Source: Fimbriosthenelais zetlandica (taxonomy: Eukaryota). From it: a stretch of 64,000 bases of DNA. Within the stretch, counting starts at the first letter, position 1; each line of letters opens with the position of its first letter. Made by a program: the position numbers and the translations under genes. The DNA is taken from contig OZ365112.1 in assembly GCA_977030845.1 (NCBI GenBank), positions 20,336,001-20,400,000 of the forward strand, read 5' to 3'. Below, one piece after another: positions 41,421 to 56,100 of this stretch. The notes under the pieces were generated by a model. It did no database searches. It saw only the letters and a program-made list of their open reading frames with translations, and was not told where the DNA came from.

Positions 41421-44400
41421 CAGTCCATCAACTCATACAAAAGGTCATTAATTAGTGACATCTTTTTGCCCCTTTCAATGTCATCACAACATTATGATTC
41501 ACCCTTCCCAATATTATCCATGTCTCACCCATGTAAATAACATGCAAATGTCCATTTGTTATCCCATGTTGGCCAAGGGTTATCTCTGCATTCCTTTTGT
41601 CTTCTCAAAAGAAGCTACTGGGCGTGATGGCAATGTTAATTGCCTTCTTCCTTTCACTAATTTGTATAATGAAAATGGCAAAAGCCTTAAGGATGATACT
41701 GAAGTCTCATGCCATAAATTATTTCCGCCAGGCGAAGAATTCAGCAAAAAACATATTTATCCAGGGCAATGGCTCGGAAGGTAATTGAGTGGCCGTGCCT
41801 GGCAGGCCTAATGTTCTGGGTGATCAAGTTTTTGACGTTGCCGTTTAAGGATAATGGACGTTAATAGGGAAGGTAGCCATTAGCAAATAAAAAGAAGTTC
41901 AAGTGTCTTTCAAAGTGTCTTGATGTGTGGTACTAAGTTTTGATCTTTGCAAAAAAAGGTTCACTAGTCTGTCATAATTATACATTTCCGGCTAAGGTCT
42001 GCCCAAAAGTTTGTTTTGAAAAATTTGGAGTCGTCCTTTCAATAGATATAATTTTAGCAAACAAAGTGATGGAAATGCAATTAAAGTGGCAATTCTATTA
42101 GCATAAACATGCTTTCACTATAGCTATACGAAATCACAAAGTAGGAATACAGCCAACTAGGTCTCTGTTTCTGAAAGGCAATCTGAGTTGATGCAGAACT
42201 GCAGTAATGTCAGACTTGGTGTCTGGATGAATCACTAATGAAGTGAAAATCAGATAACATGTATCTCCCTAAGGCATTTGGAGCAAATTATACTACTTTA
42301 TACATTGTAACGTATCATAAACTATAGGTCCAATTCTACATAAAAAGCCATGAACAAGAACCACATTCTTTTACCTTTTGTCATTGAACATGCTCAATGG
42401 CCCATTGAATCGTTTTGATACATGAACTGGGTGCATGTTGACAACCATAAATTGAACTGTCATGCTTTTATGACGAAAAACAGAACAAAATTCACTGACA
42501 ATGGAAACGTATGCAGACTGCCACATGGAAATATTACCATCCTTTTGTCAGGGGCGTACGAACCCTTGGCAACTGACTGGGGTGATTTGCGGGATGTAAT
42601 TATAAAGTATCATTACTATTGAAAGAATTTGAATGAAGGAAGATAATCGCTCTATAGAACATGCATACATAGTAAAAATTATGAATTGTATGAATGAAGA
42701 GAATAATCATTTAACAATTAGCAAGATCCATGAAAATTTATGTTCCATAAACAAATTGTCAGATGCACTCATTAATAGCTATCTCTAAAAGGTGTGTATG
42801 CGAATAAAAGCTGCATTGCCGCACACATGTTCCATGTTTTGGAATACAGTAATTTTCACTATACAGTGCACTCGGGTGTATTCAGATTGGCCTGCATTTA
42901 AAGATGCACGAGACAATATTTTATTTGATTAAGGGAGGGGTTTTCATGAGATGAATTTTTTTTACAAATGAGTTCATCTTGGCAGGCGTGAAAAAAAGAG
43001 AGGGGATTCAGTAGAGATGGCTAATATACCCGAGGCTGAAAATTGCTATCAGGCAGTGTCATCATAGACTAATATACCCCACCCACACCTGGCCATTGGG
43101 GCGAGGTAAGCGTGCCACAATTGACACATAGGGCACTTTTTCTTCACCCCAGAACCCCCTTCAACCTTCTTCACCCCCTTTACCCCCAACTATAATTCCA
43201 GTATACCCCCAAACCCCAAGCAATTGCTACTGTTTATAGACTGCTACCTGGGTTCTGATTAGGTTAAATTTACATGCTAATAATTATTGCAACAATTATG
43301 CTGCTTTTTCCCAGAAACAATTCAGAATGCATTGTAAAAATATTTGATAATATAAAACATTGTGGGTTTCATATGGATGTAAAACACAGGCATGTCCTGC
43401 GCGAAAATTAAATTCTGCCGAATTGGCTATGGGCCAGTGCGTCCATTGTTGGTCTGGGCAGATGTAAACCCCGAGTCTCGCATGCCAGCACACGTCCAAT
43501 ACAAATGACAAACAGTGATTGGGAATTAAGCTTCTTTTTGTTAGTTGAGATAATAGCTGTAGGGATATATTCCTTAACTCTAGTTGTTGATTGGGGGAGT
43601 GTAAGGTACAGCACGTGCCAATTTCTAACAAGCCAATGTCAATGAATGGAGTAATATTTCCCAACTTATTAAAGGGCTATCAATTATGGAGGTCTCCTAG
43701 TCATGAATAGATGCATATTCCACTGCCATAAAATGTATTTATTGTGATGTTTTTAATTAACCAAATGACTTTCTCAATGGGATATATGACATAAATTGCC
43801 ATGTGTCTGGATAAGAATTTTTGATAGAAAAAAAAGAAAGATGAACGTGAATGTTTTAATTTGCATTATTCAAATTAACGAAGTCTTTATATTAGGCTAT
43901 ACCTCAGTCTTTCATCGAATAAGTGGGGGTTAAGGCGGTTATGAAGCCATTAAAACTGAACTATTTTCTCGGGATAAGGAACTTGGAGTGCCCAGTAATC
44001 CACCTCAGCCACCTGTTAGGCCTCACCTTGTGCCATTACTGAGCACTGTGTCCAGATTCCCGGGAGGGGTGCTTGTCAAAAACACTAAGAAAATAGCCGT
44101 GACATCTCCAAGGATAGTCTTCACTATTTAAAAAGAAGCTTAACACTGGCAAGATAACCGTATAAAGGGGAGATTATTCATGTGACTAACGCATCTCTAT
44201 AGATATTTCCCGTTGTTAAGTCCAGGGTTAATAGCTTTTTATGCAACGCTTTCTTTGCTATTATGTAACACTGCCATATGCAAGACATTGTGTTTTGGAA
44301 AGTCATTAGCTCAGAAAAATTGAGAAATGGTGCACCCCGCTTACCCTTAACGGTAGTTGTTATTCGTTTAAGATAGTGGTTTATGCAAGGAAGATGACAC

Positions 44401-44969
44401 GTTGCATAATTGGAGTTTTTTGTATGGGTTGCTATGGTCTTGATTATGGGGTACATGGCAGGAGGGCCATGATGCGCATTTGGTTGAATAGTTAGCCGTT
44501 GCTAAAAGGAGGGAAATGGTATATCAGTGGCTGGCAATCAAAATATAAATAATTCCCTATATAATTATAATTATACACGTATTTATTAACCAATGATATA
44601 TTTAAAATTTCATTTGACCTTTAATATCTTGTTCTTTGCCTGATTCTAGAAACAATACTTTTGACTGTTGTTTCTAATGTTACCTGGAATAAATTATTCC
44701 AGGCATCGGAAAGAAACTATTCCAGGCATGCTGCCCGCATCTTTTATTGACATCGAAATTTCACGAAGTAATCTGCGTCAACCCTCCCTTTTTTACACCA
44801 TACATTTTGTGCTAACAATAAAAGTGGTTATTTGTATAAGAGCAAAAGCCCGTTATTTGTACCTCCCTAGTATTTAGCCCGACCTGCCTGCCTCAGACCC
44901 GAGTGTTATGGTCACACTTTCCATCAAGGATAAAGCACCTAAAGTGGTCATCAAGACTGGAACGAGTCA

Positions 44970-45190
44970 GCTGTCACGGGTCCATTCTAGGATGTAACTG
45001 AGGCAATAGGGGAAGCACAAAAGAACTTACCATTAAAAGGGACATTCCTGGCTTCTGTTTAAAAGCCAGATATATAGTTCCTGGCTCAGGGGTATAGGGC
45101 CAGCCTGGGACACTGGAACCAAGCTCGAGGCTATAGTGGTCAGCGTTAAACGATACCCTACAAGATGACCATTCCATCATCCAATGGGAG
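44970..45190 (-). mobile_element. Decayed CR1-like RT remnant
   Basis: RVSFNADHYSLELGSSVPGWPYTPEPGTIYL aligns by eye to RVvvnG..S....v.SGVPQGSVLGP.LF.iY. Confidence 0.4.
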
Positions 45191-48100
45191 CAGCTTTAAT
45201 TAGGCCCTCTCTGTTCAAGAGAAACAATTGAATGCAAGGGCGGAAACAGCGGGCGATTTGCTCACTCATCCGAGTTGCCCGGACCCGGCTTAGTCCGCCC
45301 CTAAAGTCAGATTTTAATGGCCGGAAGCCAGAGGGGAAATTACACGCTGGTGGCTAGGGTGGGAGTATATTTTAGTGTGAGGGCTTATGATGGTCGAGGG
45401 GAAAAAATAACCCGACAGGCTGTCCACGAGCGGCTAATGAGTACCTGCATGGCCAAGGGGTTGAGGGTTGAGGGGTGGGGGAGAGAGGGAGGTCTCCCTC
45501 GAGGGTGGGGTCCCAGATTGGACGCAGCCTATCCTCATCATTAATTAGCCATGAAGCTGGTGTTGTGTCCGGCCATTTGTGTCACAACAAAGACCAGGGA
45601 GCGAGTGGACATGCATGCACATATAGTTTAGTAACATTTCCTGGGAGTCCCCAAAATTAGCATCCTTTTTTTTGGGTGGGTAGGGTGGGGGGGATGGATT
45701 AAACTCTAATAAGAACCTTGATGTTTGTAACTTAATCTATTAATATAATTATAATATTTTTGTTTCAACATTTTTATATGAAGTTCACTAAAGGAAGCTA
45801 TTCCCCCTAAGTTCATGAACTTGGAAGCAAACCTCTAAGTATAATATGCCAAATTCATCACCATTATGTTATCAAGTACAGGGCTCATTATTTCTAACAG
45901 TACAAGAGAGTGAGTGACCCCACATTCTGCTACATGTTGTACATACATATGACACACCTGTACATGCCCTGCCTGTCTTCCATAAACGTTACCATGGTCC
46001 ATGACTGGGATGATTTACCTCCAGCTATGTATATCACCATGTTCTGACAACAGTTGTTTGATTACCTAGCCTGTCTATAATGGCATTATGGTAGACCACT
46101 GTACCTGACCTCTAGCCCTCCCCTCACTTCTCACATGTTAGGGTCGTCTTAACAAGACCACACACCTCTATATTTAAAGCTTAACTTAGAAAATGTGGTT
46201 TTCTTCTTAAAATGACACAGGACAATGAAGAAATGTCTCTAATTCTACTTGTAAGTAGTATATAGATCAGGGTACATTTACCAGGACTAACTCTACATCG
46301 TCTAATATATTTTGACTCATGAACTCATAACGGTTTCCTTATCATTGGTTCCCTGCATGAGAACAGATATGAGAAGAAAGGTCATTATCCTCAGTTATTC
46401 CCCTGTCCATGATAATTATATTTCAATATATGTTTGAATATAATACATATAGGCGTTGATTTGGTTCATTTGTCTCCTCTCTCCTGCCGGTGAACAATGG
46501 ATAATGATGATTATATTTGCAGTCTGTAGAAGGAGAATTGCTAATTTTCTGTTGCTATTCATGCCTAGAAATTGTAATCAATGGAAATATAGCTGAACCG
46601 GGTTTGAGACAGACGTATAGATTATTGCTTGCTGTTTCGTGACCTCTCATTATATTGTCCGGCACAAGCCATTAGAGCAGAACGCTCATATCAACTGATC
46701 GTTATTACTAGGCATTTGCCAGGAAATTTGTAACCAGTTTTCTCACGAGCTTGATTCTCTCTGATAGAGGCCTTTGATAGGCCGTGATATCGTGGGAAAT
46801 TAGCAGTTGATTATAGACCCGTTGGTGGGGCCAGGTGCCCGTTGGAAGGGGCCTGCACGAGGCTAATTCATTCAACAATATTATGAATGAATGCCCGGGG
46901 CATGAATGTGTGCGAATGCCTCGATGTTTATTTTACAGTTCCTATAGATTGTTTCCATGGGAACACGCCCCTATTTTCAGTTAAGCGAATAAACTTTCAT
47001 TGTAATTCGCGTGCACTCTTGTCCATTGTGAAAAAACAAGCAGTTCTTCAACTGTAGACTCGTCCTCGAAGTTGGGGGTCCCTAAGTCCCTAAGTCCCTA
47101 ACAGTCATGGCTATCATAGCAAGAGTGAAACAGTCTTCATGGTAGCCAGCAATGCAATCTTTATTGCCATATCACCAAACACTATATTTGTCTTGACGTC
47201 ATAGTGACGCTCACAATTACCCGTTCTGACCTATCTTAGAGAATCTCGAGCGCTTTAAGTTTTGAAAAGTGTCATGACGTACATGTAGACCTATATAAAA
47301 CTTCTAAGGCATCATATCTTAGGCAATCTGGAGTAGACTTCTTCTAAGCGGGGTTTTTGATGTCGCAAAATGGCGCGTGGCTGACGAATGTCGCACGACA
47401 ACCGTTAAGTGGCTCAGTTCCTGTGCAGGGAGCGTGTGAAATGCCACGCGCTTTGAAAAAATGCTGGAAAAGCTTGTCTTTCATTGCATATCCTGACCAG
47501 GCACACCAGTTTTGATCTCGGCACGCTTGGCAGACTGTAAAAAGATTGAATGACATGGAAAATACTGCACATCCGACACGAGTGACTGCATTATTCGCCA
47601 AAAATCAATTACCCATGATTTGATATGTCAAAGGTCCATGTAAGTTAAGAGAAGTCTGTGCGTGATTACAATATGAAAGCTGATGGAGATTTCCTTTTCA
47701 AATTTCTCTATTATAGACCTGGCAGTATATTATTGGTGGGTTATAATCACTTGCCAACATGTGCCAACATGAAATTTTACATGAGGGCAAATTCATGACA
47801 TTTTTAACATTGGTCATTGAGTTGTACGGGTCAATGAAGTACCAGTTGGTTAGAACCCTGTAATTAATCATATGAGCGCATTTATTGAAAGCTCAGTGTT
47901 TGTGGCATATTATTTGCGTTTCCTTTGATATTATAACTGTTGGGGATATAGAAAATTAAGTTATTGCTGGTATTTGAAGTGAAGTTCATCTGAATATTCA
48001 ACAGAAATCGGGAAAGAACTGACCAAGTCTTTCTCTTAGCACATTTGATCTGTCTCTATATTAAGCATCTGCTTTAACGCCCCGGAGACATACAATTATA

Positions 48101-51100
48101 TAGATGAATGCACAGAGGGCCATTCGTGTCAGTTCCTGATCATTATACCCGTGTTGCCCAGCAGAGGACCTTCTTGTGCACAAAAACCGGTGACGTAATG
48201 CGTACTAACTTGACAGCCAATGATCGACAAGCCTGGCTTTCCCTTTGCCATCCACCTTTCTAAAACCAGCTGAGGCATTATAAGCCCGTGCTAAACAAGC
48301 GCTAAACTTGGGCCATATTGAATAACCTTTAAGTTCACTTTCTCATCAGCTCCCTCACTCAAGATGGCGCCCATGAGAGGGCACGTCGAGTGTTACGGAA
48401 GTAGCCTATGGGCATGCGCATAGACTCGATCATTTATGGGGCCAGGAGGACCAATTAGTTGGGTGGACAATGGTTGCTAGGCTAGCCCTCTGGCGTTAAG
48501 GGCACAGATGATAGGTCATTAATGCTAATTTGCTCCCTTTATAGAACCTCGAACTGATTACATATACACTTGCATCACCCAATAACGTGATAAGTGATTC
48601 TAAAAGTGAAATATGTAGTGATAGTAAATTGCTATTGTATACTTTTCAACTTAAAGTGATTTAGATGATGTATTAGGGATTAGTGTGACTTGATTTTCTC
48701 ACCTATCATAAATGTGGCAGAGTTCTGGTGAGAGATCAATTTGTTTTTAATCGGTGGACAGAAAGACCATTTAATATAATTGCAATCAAATCGTTAAAAT
48801 TTAATATGCAATTTCCTCGCATTTTTGTGTGTATATGGTTTGCCTCAAAGCAATTGGCTTATATACTATAAAATATATTATGGCTTTTGATACACTTGAT
48901 GCTATATCTTTTGTTTCAAAGTGGACGAATCTCCAGAAATCCTGACTTATGTCAGTTTTCAACTATGAGTGAAATTAACTTGGATACCGAAAATTTTGGT
49001 AAATGGATATTATAGTTAGGCCTTTCAAACATCACATTAGCGAGTGTCAGAAACCACTGAAGATAATCACATACATTTTACGTTTCCATGTGATTAATCC
49101 ACTGACTGGCATAAAGGTGAACAGATTACCTAGGTAAAAACTTCCCTGGTTGCCATGGAATCCCTTCTGTGAGTAACCTCACCCCATCAATTTAGGAGCT
49201 GTACTGTTGACACATCATCTATTGGCCTAACTTGCCACGTGCGAGGTGATCGAGAGCTAGCAATCTGCATATGTAAATTGAATTACTGAGGCTGTCAATG
49301 AGATGCATTTACAACGAGCAATAAAGCATTGTGACGGCCCAGAGAGTGTGGAATCCAGAGGTTTAACACCCTCTTCTTATTCCATTGATACTATAAAGTA
49401 TACACGGCAAACACTTGGTTTTTGGCGAATGAAAACAAATAGGGCAATGTACTGAGGATAGTGATTTATAAATCCATAAAATCAGAGAAAATCGGAAAAT
49501 GATTGTTGAAAAACTGAGAAATAGACCATTCAATAAAGTTCTTTTACTGTTCATCTGTCATTGGTATGGCTATATATAGTTTTTATTAGAAGAGACATAT
49601 ACCTTCACCCACGAACCATTAGCTAGAGCAGAATGTCATCACAATTGAGATAAAAATAATATACTTTTTTATTTTAAATTTCCATTTCATTAAGTTTGTA
49701 ATTTGTTTCATACTTTTCACTGTGTATTTCCTTTCCATTTATAGACGTGGAAAAGACGTTGCTAATCTCCCAGACTAAACATACATCAGTAAGGTATGTT
49801 AGATACTTTCTGCTACTTAAAAAAAAGAACAGCAGTGTATGCATGGCTCTCTGCTATATTGGGGCGCGTGTCTATGAGGAGTTAATTTTTCGGCAGCGAT
49901 GTTAAATAAAGGAAAAGTGACAGTGGACCAAATGTCCGAACGGTCAGTCCTTTACTTAGCCCTTCCCTCTACCCTCGTCACGCTCCTATTTACTCTGACT
50001 AATCTTTACTCGCGTGGCCCTTTCATTGTTATTAGCGGTAATTAGGATGGCTGTACTGACCGGTATATGGGCCCATCAAAGTTCATTAATCCTGGAAGCG
50101 GCCTCTGGTAGAGAGGACGACTGAGCGTGATGTCCACCATCAACCTCCCCCTCCTCCCCTTCCTCCTTACACTCTCATACAAAGACGCTGATATTAGTGA
50201 TTGTATTTCGTCAAGAAAAACAGTGTCACCTGGCCTTTGATAAAACACAAACATGTCATGCTGGACACGGGCCCTGATGCATAGAAACGGTGAAAATAGA
50301 GGTTGATGACCCCTTTGACCTGCTGCTTCAATGCATTATCGGTGCCATTTAACCCTGAGTGCCACCTGGCAATTTTATATCCAAGGCAAAAATTTAATAG
50401 GTGGCAGTTATAGCCTTTCCTTTAAAGGATTCCCAACAAAGTGAGTTAAAGCATTTTTATTGGTTACAAAAGATGCCATTTAGAACCTAAAAGGTCGTCA
50501 GGAGAAAAGGCCTGGGGTGGACAAAAGGATCTCAGTGGTGGTCAGTCCATCTTATACCGGGGTTAATTTTGTCTTTGGATGGAGGGCTCTGGCCACCAGA
50601 ACGACTACCGAGAGGGTATAAATCAAGAAAACGACGTCTAGTGGTGACAATGCATACTGTCAGAGTGACTTGGCTACATTCATATCCCCAGTATGCCACC
50701 TCCAATCACTTTTCACCTTCCTTATTGCATTGTGAGGGCTTTTTCTTACGGACCCGTGCCCTTGTCAATGACCAAAGGTCCTTCTTTTCGCGACACTCTG
50801 CTGACACGGGAGTCCCCTTTTGACACACACAGACACCCCGTGGGCGCATGCGCCGGCCCGTGCCACCATAAGTGTGGCCCCCGTGGCTTATGAAGGCATT
50901 GGCTTGGCTTTTTTAAAAGAAAGGAGGCAATCTCTGTCAGTGACATGTACCCCTGCCAAAGTTCCCCTACATCAAAAGTTCTCGCTGACCCTTGTCCCCG
51001 ACCCCCGACCTCTGGAGCCCATCAACAAAGTAGAGGGGAACTATTGGTTTATAAGGGTCAAACTACCTGGCCCCCTTTTGTACTTAGCCATCCAGGCCCG

Positions 51101-52399
51101 GAGAAAGGGGATCTAAAGCTTTTACTAACGCCTACATTAATGACCTTTGACTGGGGTCTGATCCAGTGATGGAGGGACACCAAGTAGGGTGGAATGAATG
51201 CATACCTGGGGTTCAAGACCCCTGATCATATTCCCCTCCTACCGTCTCAATCCCCTAGTCGCCATTAAGCATTTGTAGGGGGGATCTTTACTGGTATTTG
51301 AAGGGTCTCGTGTCTGCCACCATGCTGACGTTCATAGAGCATTTGACTTAAGCTGGCGACAGATATATTTAAAGGGATGGAACTAAAAGCCTTATATTGG
51401 GCTGGACAATGCTTCCCTATACTATCTTGTTAAGTACAAGTACTGAGAACAAGGAACCTAAAAAGTATTTGTTTAAGCTCATTTTGCATCCATTTATAAT
51501 AGAATCATTGTTTAAATCACACATTTCGTTGTCAGTTCACCAATCCAATATCTTTGAGGCATTAACTAGAAGAAAAGATTTATTTTTAACATCAATTTAA
51601 TTTATAAGAATTCATGGAAGGGAGATAATTATCTTATTCATGCTCATGTCATGATTATCATATTTGTTTTTCCTATAAAGAATATGTTCCTGAAATGTAG
51701 GCGTAAATTGAACTCAACCTTTTCAAAGCTCTTTCAGATAAACACATTAAACTTTTTTTTTGTAAAAAAAGAAAAAGAAAAAAAGAAGGTAAGGTTTGGC
51801 TGAGTGTAAAGTACATTCACACCACTGGTATTTGCGGCCAGGTATATTAACACGCCACTATGACAACTTTCCCATCTGTGCTCCTGTATCTCTATTTCGT
51901 GCATGTCAAACCGGACAACTGATCGATCGACTGTGATATTAGAGATGCACAGGTCCCTTATTATGGGGGAGGATCCAAAGGGACTCCCTTATGTAGTTGA
52001 ATGGGGAAAGGAAAGGCAGTATATTACAGTAGAGGTTTGGTTAAAAACTCCTGTGGTAGGCACGTGCTCTCTTAGACCACCCCGTCTGCCTTTGCTATAA
52101 AAAGTGTTTACGTGTACATATGGGAAATACTATATAGTAAACCTAGGCTACCTTATGTATATATATTTATCCCCCGGCTAGGCCCTCCTCGAACTGGAAT
52201 TAACAAAGCCCCTCTGAAAAGCTAGCCTACTCCAATTTGTTATATACTTGCATTAGATGTCAGATGTTACATTAATTAAGTTAAAATAAATTTTATAGTA
52301 GCACCATTCTGTTAGAAAAGGCATATATTTTTAACAGATCTGAAAGTAAATATTACTTTTGGGCGGTTTCATTGATCCTATATCCTTGAAGTTGCCCGG

Positions 52400-53100
52400 C
52401 ATACCCAAAGTTTTTGTCTGTCTATTGCTGTTCCCTCTGTCTTTAGAATGACCTTCTAACCCCTCCTCCACCATCTCACGCAGGTTTTCCCTTTCCCCCG
52501 ACTTTAACATCAAAGCCAATGTCCAGCATACCTTTGCCAATAACACTCGTCCTCAAGGACGTCTCAAGCACCAATATCAATCAACGAGTCCCCAAATATT
52601 TCCAATTGGTCGGAGCCCTCTTTGAGAAGTGTTCAGAACTTTTAATTTATACACCTGACACAAAAAGTTGGAGGGGACAGCTTGGATATCATTTTTACCT
52701 GTGAGTGAATGGGATGGCGTGGCGTGGCCTGGGTTAGTTCTATATAGGCGGCGCCCATGTACTTGAGTAGCAATATATGATTCCTCTTCAAAAGCCTCCT
52801 CAAGTATACACGCCAATCACTGAATAAGTTAACTGTGAATCACTTTCGGTATGCACTTCTCTTTCTGTCTCCATACACATTGAATTTAACACAGAGACTG
52901 GACACCGCGTCCATCAACTTTTCTTAATGCAATCGACTCGAGATTCCCATCTGAGATGGGGGACATCTTTGATCTCCACCGCCAATTTGTCACAAGGTGT
53001 AAATGGAGACTTTGATCACTGTGTCTAAAGTGTGGCATAATTGCTCGCCCGACCATTGTTGTCCGGACTGGCCTTGGTCATAGAAAGTCCCTGGCCAACC
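52400..53100 (-). mobile_element. Decayed LINE RT remnant
   Basis: GDQRCPPS (about 52977-52955, cf. GV.QGCPLSP) upstream of WKYLGT (about 52604-52587, cf. KYLG). Confidence 0.35.
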
Positions 53101-56100
53101 GCTTTCATCAGTGTAGATAGATATATATTGGTTCCCTGATAAGAATCTTTACTATGGTGGTGGGCTATATAGTGGACAGGTAAGATGGTTTCTGTGTAGG
53201 ACAATATTATGTCAGGTGCCCAGCCACACAGAGGTGACAGGTAGAGATAGTCATCAGCCCTGATCATTCACTTCAATCAGATGGCTATCTCTACCAGGGA
53301 CCGATTGCCTTTCGCCTCGATATCTTTCTTCCCATGCAAGCCGGTAGTAAGTGAAAGAAATGTGATTGTACATAATCTGGCCGGCGTTGTCTGTGATACT
53401 GTTTCACAAAGGGCACCCATGGACTTTTAATTAGTTTTATTGCCATCATACTGAGGTCCTGTGGTCATCCTGTTAAATATACAACAGGTAGTATCAACTT
53501 TAACATGAATTATGTAATGATACTAATATACTACAGCATCAAAAGAAATATACTCAGGTTCTTCATAATGAAGCTTACATATATCTGCATATGATACCCG
53601 CATCCAGATGTTGAGAAGATTGAGGTTGAGATAACACAAAGAGGATCATTTCTCTTAATTTTTCTCACACTGTGATCAACATTACTGCTTCCATTATTAT
53701 CCCGCTTGACCCTTAACACACCACAAAGGCATCAATCACTTTATTTTTCTTTTACTTCTACTGCAGGCATATGTTGATTTCTTCATTTATTTATAGACTT
53801 CCCTGCTGCATCCAAGGCAATTTTAGTGACGTGCATACCGTTCATAAGTAATTTTCGCGATTATGTGAAGTCATTGTCATGTCCTTTTACAGTATTTTAT
53901 ATTTTTTAATGAAAATCAATTCTCAAATTTATCTTTGAACAAGTGATACTTCGTTTATACCATAGCTGTATTCTAAGCGTCCCAAAACTCAACGTCGTTA
54001 ACTGCTTCGGTGCAACATTCTTATGATTTAAAAAAATATAATAAAAATACCAAAGAAACATTAGCTATTCTCTAATCCTATTACCTCAGATAATTGCGTA
54101 GCGGCATCCGTCACTGTCCTATAATCAGAATAAACAAAGAAGAATCGGCACATAGTGGAGAGCTGAAAGAGCTTCTTAAGCCATCTCTGTCTGTTTACCC
54201 ACTTATCACCTGAAACTTTTCTATTGTCCTTCGCCTGTTTTGGGTTTGTGGATGTGAGTTGGCTCGCCTTAACAATTGTTTTTGACCTGGCTGGCGACAG
54301 GTTAATGGATACAGCTTTTCCTGAAAGTATCATAAAACAAAGAGAATAGAGGGATTAGTTAGTTATCTCTCTGTATTTCAGTTAAGAGTGAAGGTGTTGG
54401 CTTAATTGTGAGCATGGATCAAAGCACGGCGTTTGACATTAAAGGTCCGCAGTCACTTGGCTTGAGTGTATACCTTCACGACGTGTTGACTTCTCGGCGA
54501 CTGCTCCTATTGTCTTGTAATTGCAATTTCCAATTTAAGGTCTGAGAGTTTGAGAGGTCTGAGGTCTGACTGGTAAAGTAATACCGATGGATAGTGGAAA
54601 ATGGCTACTCATATATAAATCTTCAGGTGGTAGGACGATGTACGTGACATATGGACTATATTGTTAGTTCTTTAACAGGCGAATTGCCTTTCATTGTTTC
54701 TTGCTTTTGTCTATGTATATTGGGGAAAACATTGTTTTCTCAAATAGCCAATCCAATTATCATTCTGTCATAGTGTGTGGGATATACATGGAGAAGAATT
54801 TAAAATGGATACTGTTTAAAATAGAAGATTAGAAATAGAAAGGCTGATATAGTCAGCGTTGGAAAGGGGAGGCTTTGTTAGCTAGGTCTTTGGCTCTCAT
54901 CAAAGGGACATCAGCAGTATCATTCTCCTGTTAAGGGGGCGTATGGAATTACACTTTTGCCCCGGTCAGAATAAAAACTCCCATTGGTCACGCCGCAGAG
55001 GGTCCATCTAGGATTAATTTGAGACCACAGGGTGCCGAGGGAATTAAAAAAACAAAAAACCCGGTGAATGAACTTTATATTTCACCGCTATGCACACAAA
55101 TTCCTAGAGGCCTCCAAGTAATTTGTGATCCTTTAGAAGGGATAATATATGAATCAGTGTGGAGCAATAATACAGCAGTTAGAGAATGATGTAAGAAGGG
55201 GTGTGCATGGGGTGGTGACAGATCACCCCCACAGAGACAGAGAGGGCTCTTGAGACTTGGTGATTGCTGAGGCATGAAAACATCACACTGCATGGTATAT
55301 TGATCACATGATTATAAGCAGGTGTAGGTGGTAATATAGAACGCGATCACAATATCTTTTGTATATTATATTTGAAATAAATGGACCTATACACAACTAA
55401 AGTGTACAGCCCCTTGATATAAATTTATCTACATGTAACATGTAATGTAAATACTTTTTCTCAATTATTTATTTATAACAGTATAATTATATTTTGAGTA
55501 TAGTTATTAATGAACACTTACAACGACAACATTACAATCTACGCTCATATCAACTCATTAAGTTGTCATTAGCTCTAAATATTAAATTCTTCGGATTCGG
55601 GGATGTCTCTCTTTAAGATATTTGCAACAGAATTATTATCAATCGAAACCCCTCAGTATGTAAGTCAATGATTTCATAACCGCTTCCTAACAGGTACTTA
55701 TTCACTTAATATCGTCTATTGATGGTTGAAATGAACTACACTGATGAGGATAATTATTAATTGACATGTGCCAAGGCCGGGGTGGTCCACGCGAACAACA
55801 TGCCTTCTGATATATGGAATTAACCACGTGTAGTCCACACGCCCCAGGTCTACTATAACTCATAACACCTTTTGTCGAGACCAATCCTCTTAAACATGGC
55901 TAAACAATAAGAAAAACAACAGGGTGGTTGGGTTATTTATAATCTTTAATTTTTAATCCTAAGAGGTGTGAAATCTCTCCGGGTAACTCAACAAGCATTG
56001 CTTTTAAGCTGCAAAATATTTTCACTGTAACACAATATCCCTCATTACATTAATGCTACTTAATGGTGATTATCGTTGAGAATTTACAATTTTAATTGCT

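Noticed and set aside
45674-45693. Canonical G-quadruplex motif and other G/C homopolymer runs (e.g. 25710-25727, 35292)
   Set aside because: Isolated low-complexity tracts with no functional context.
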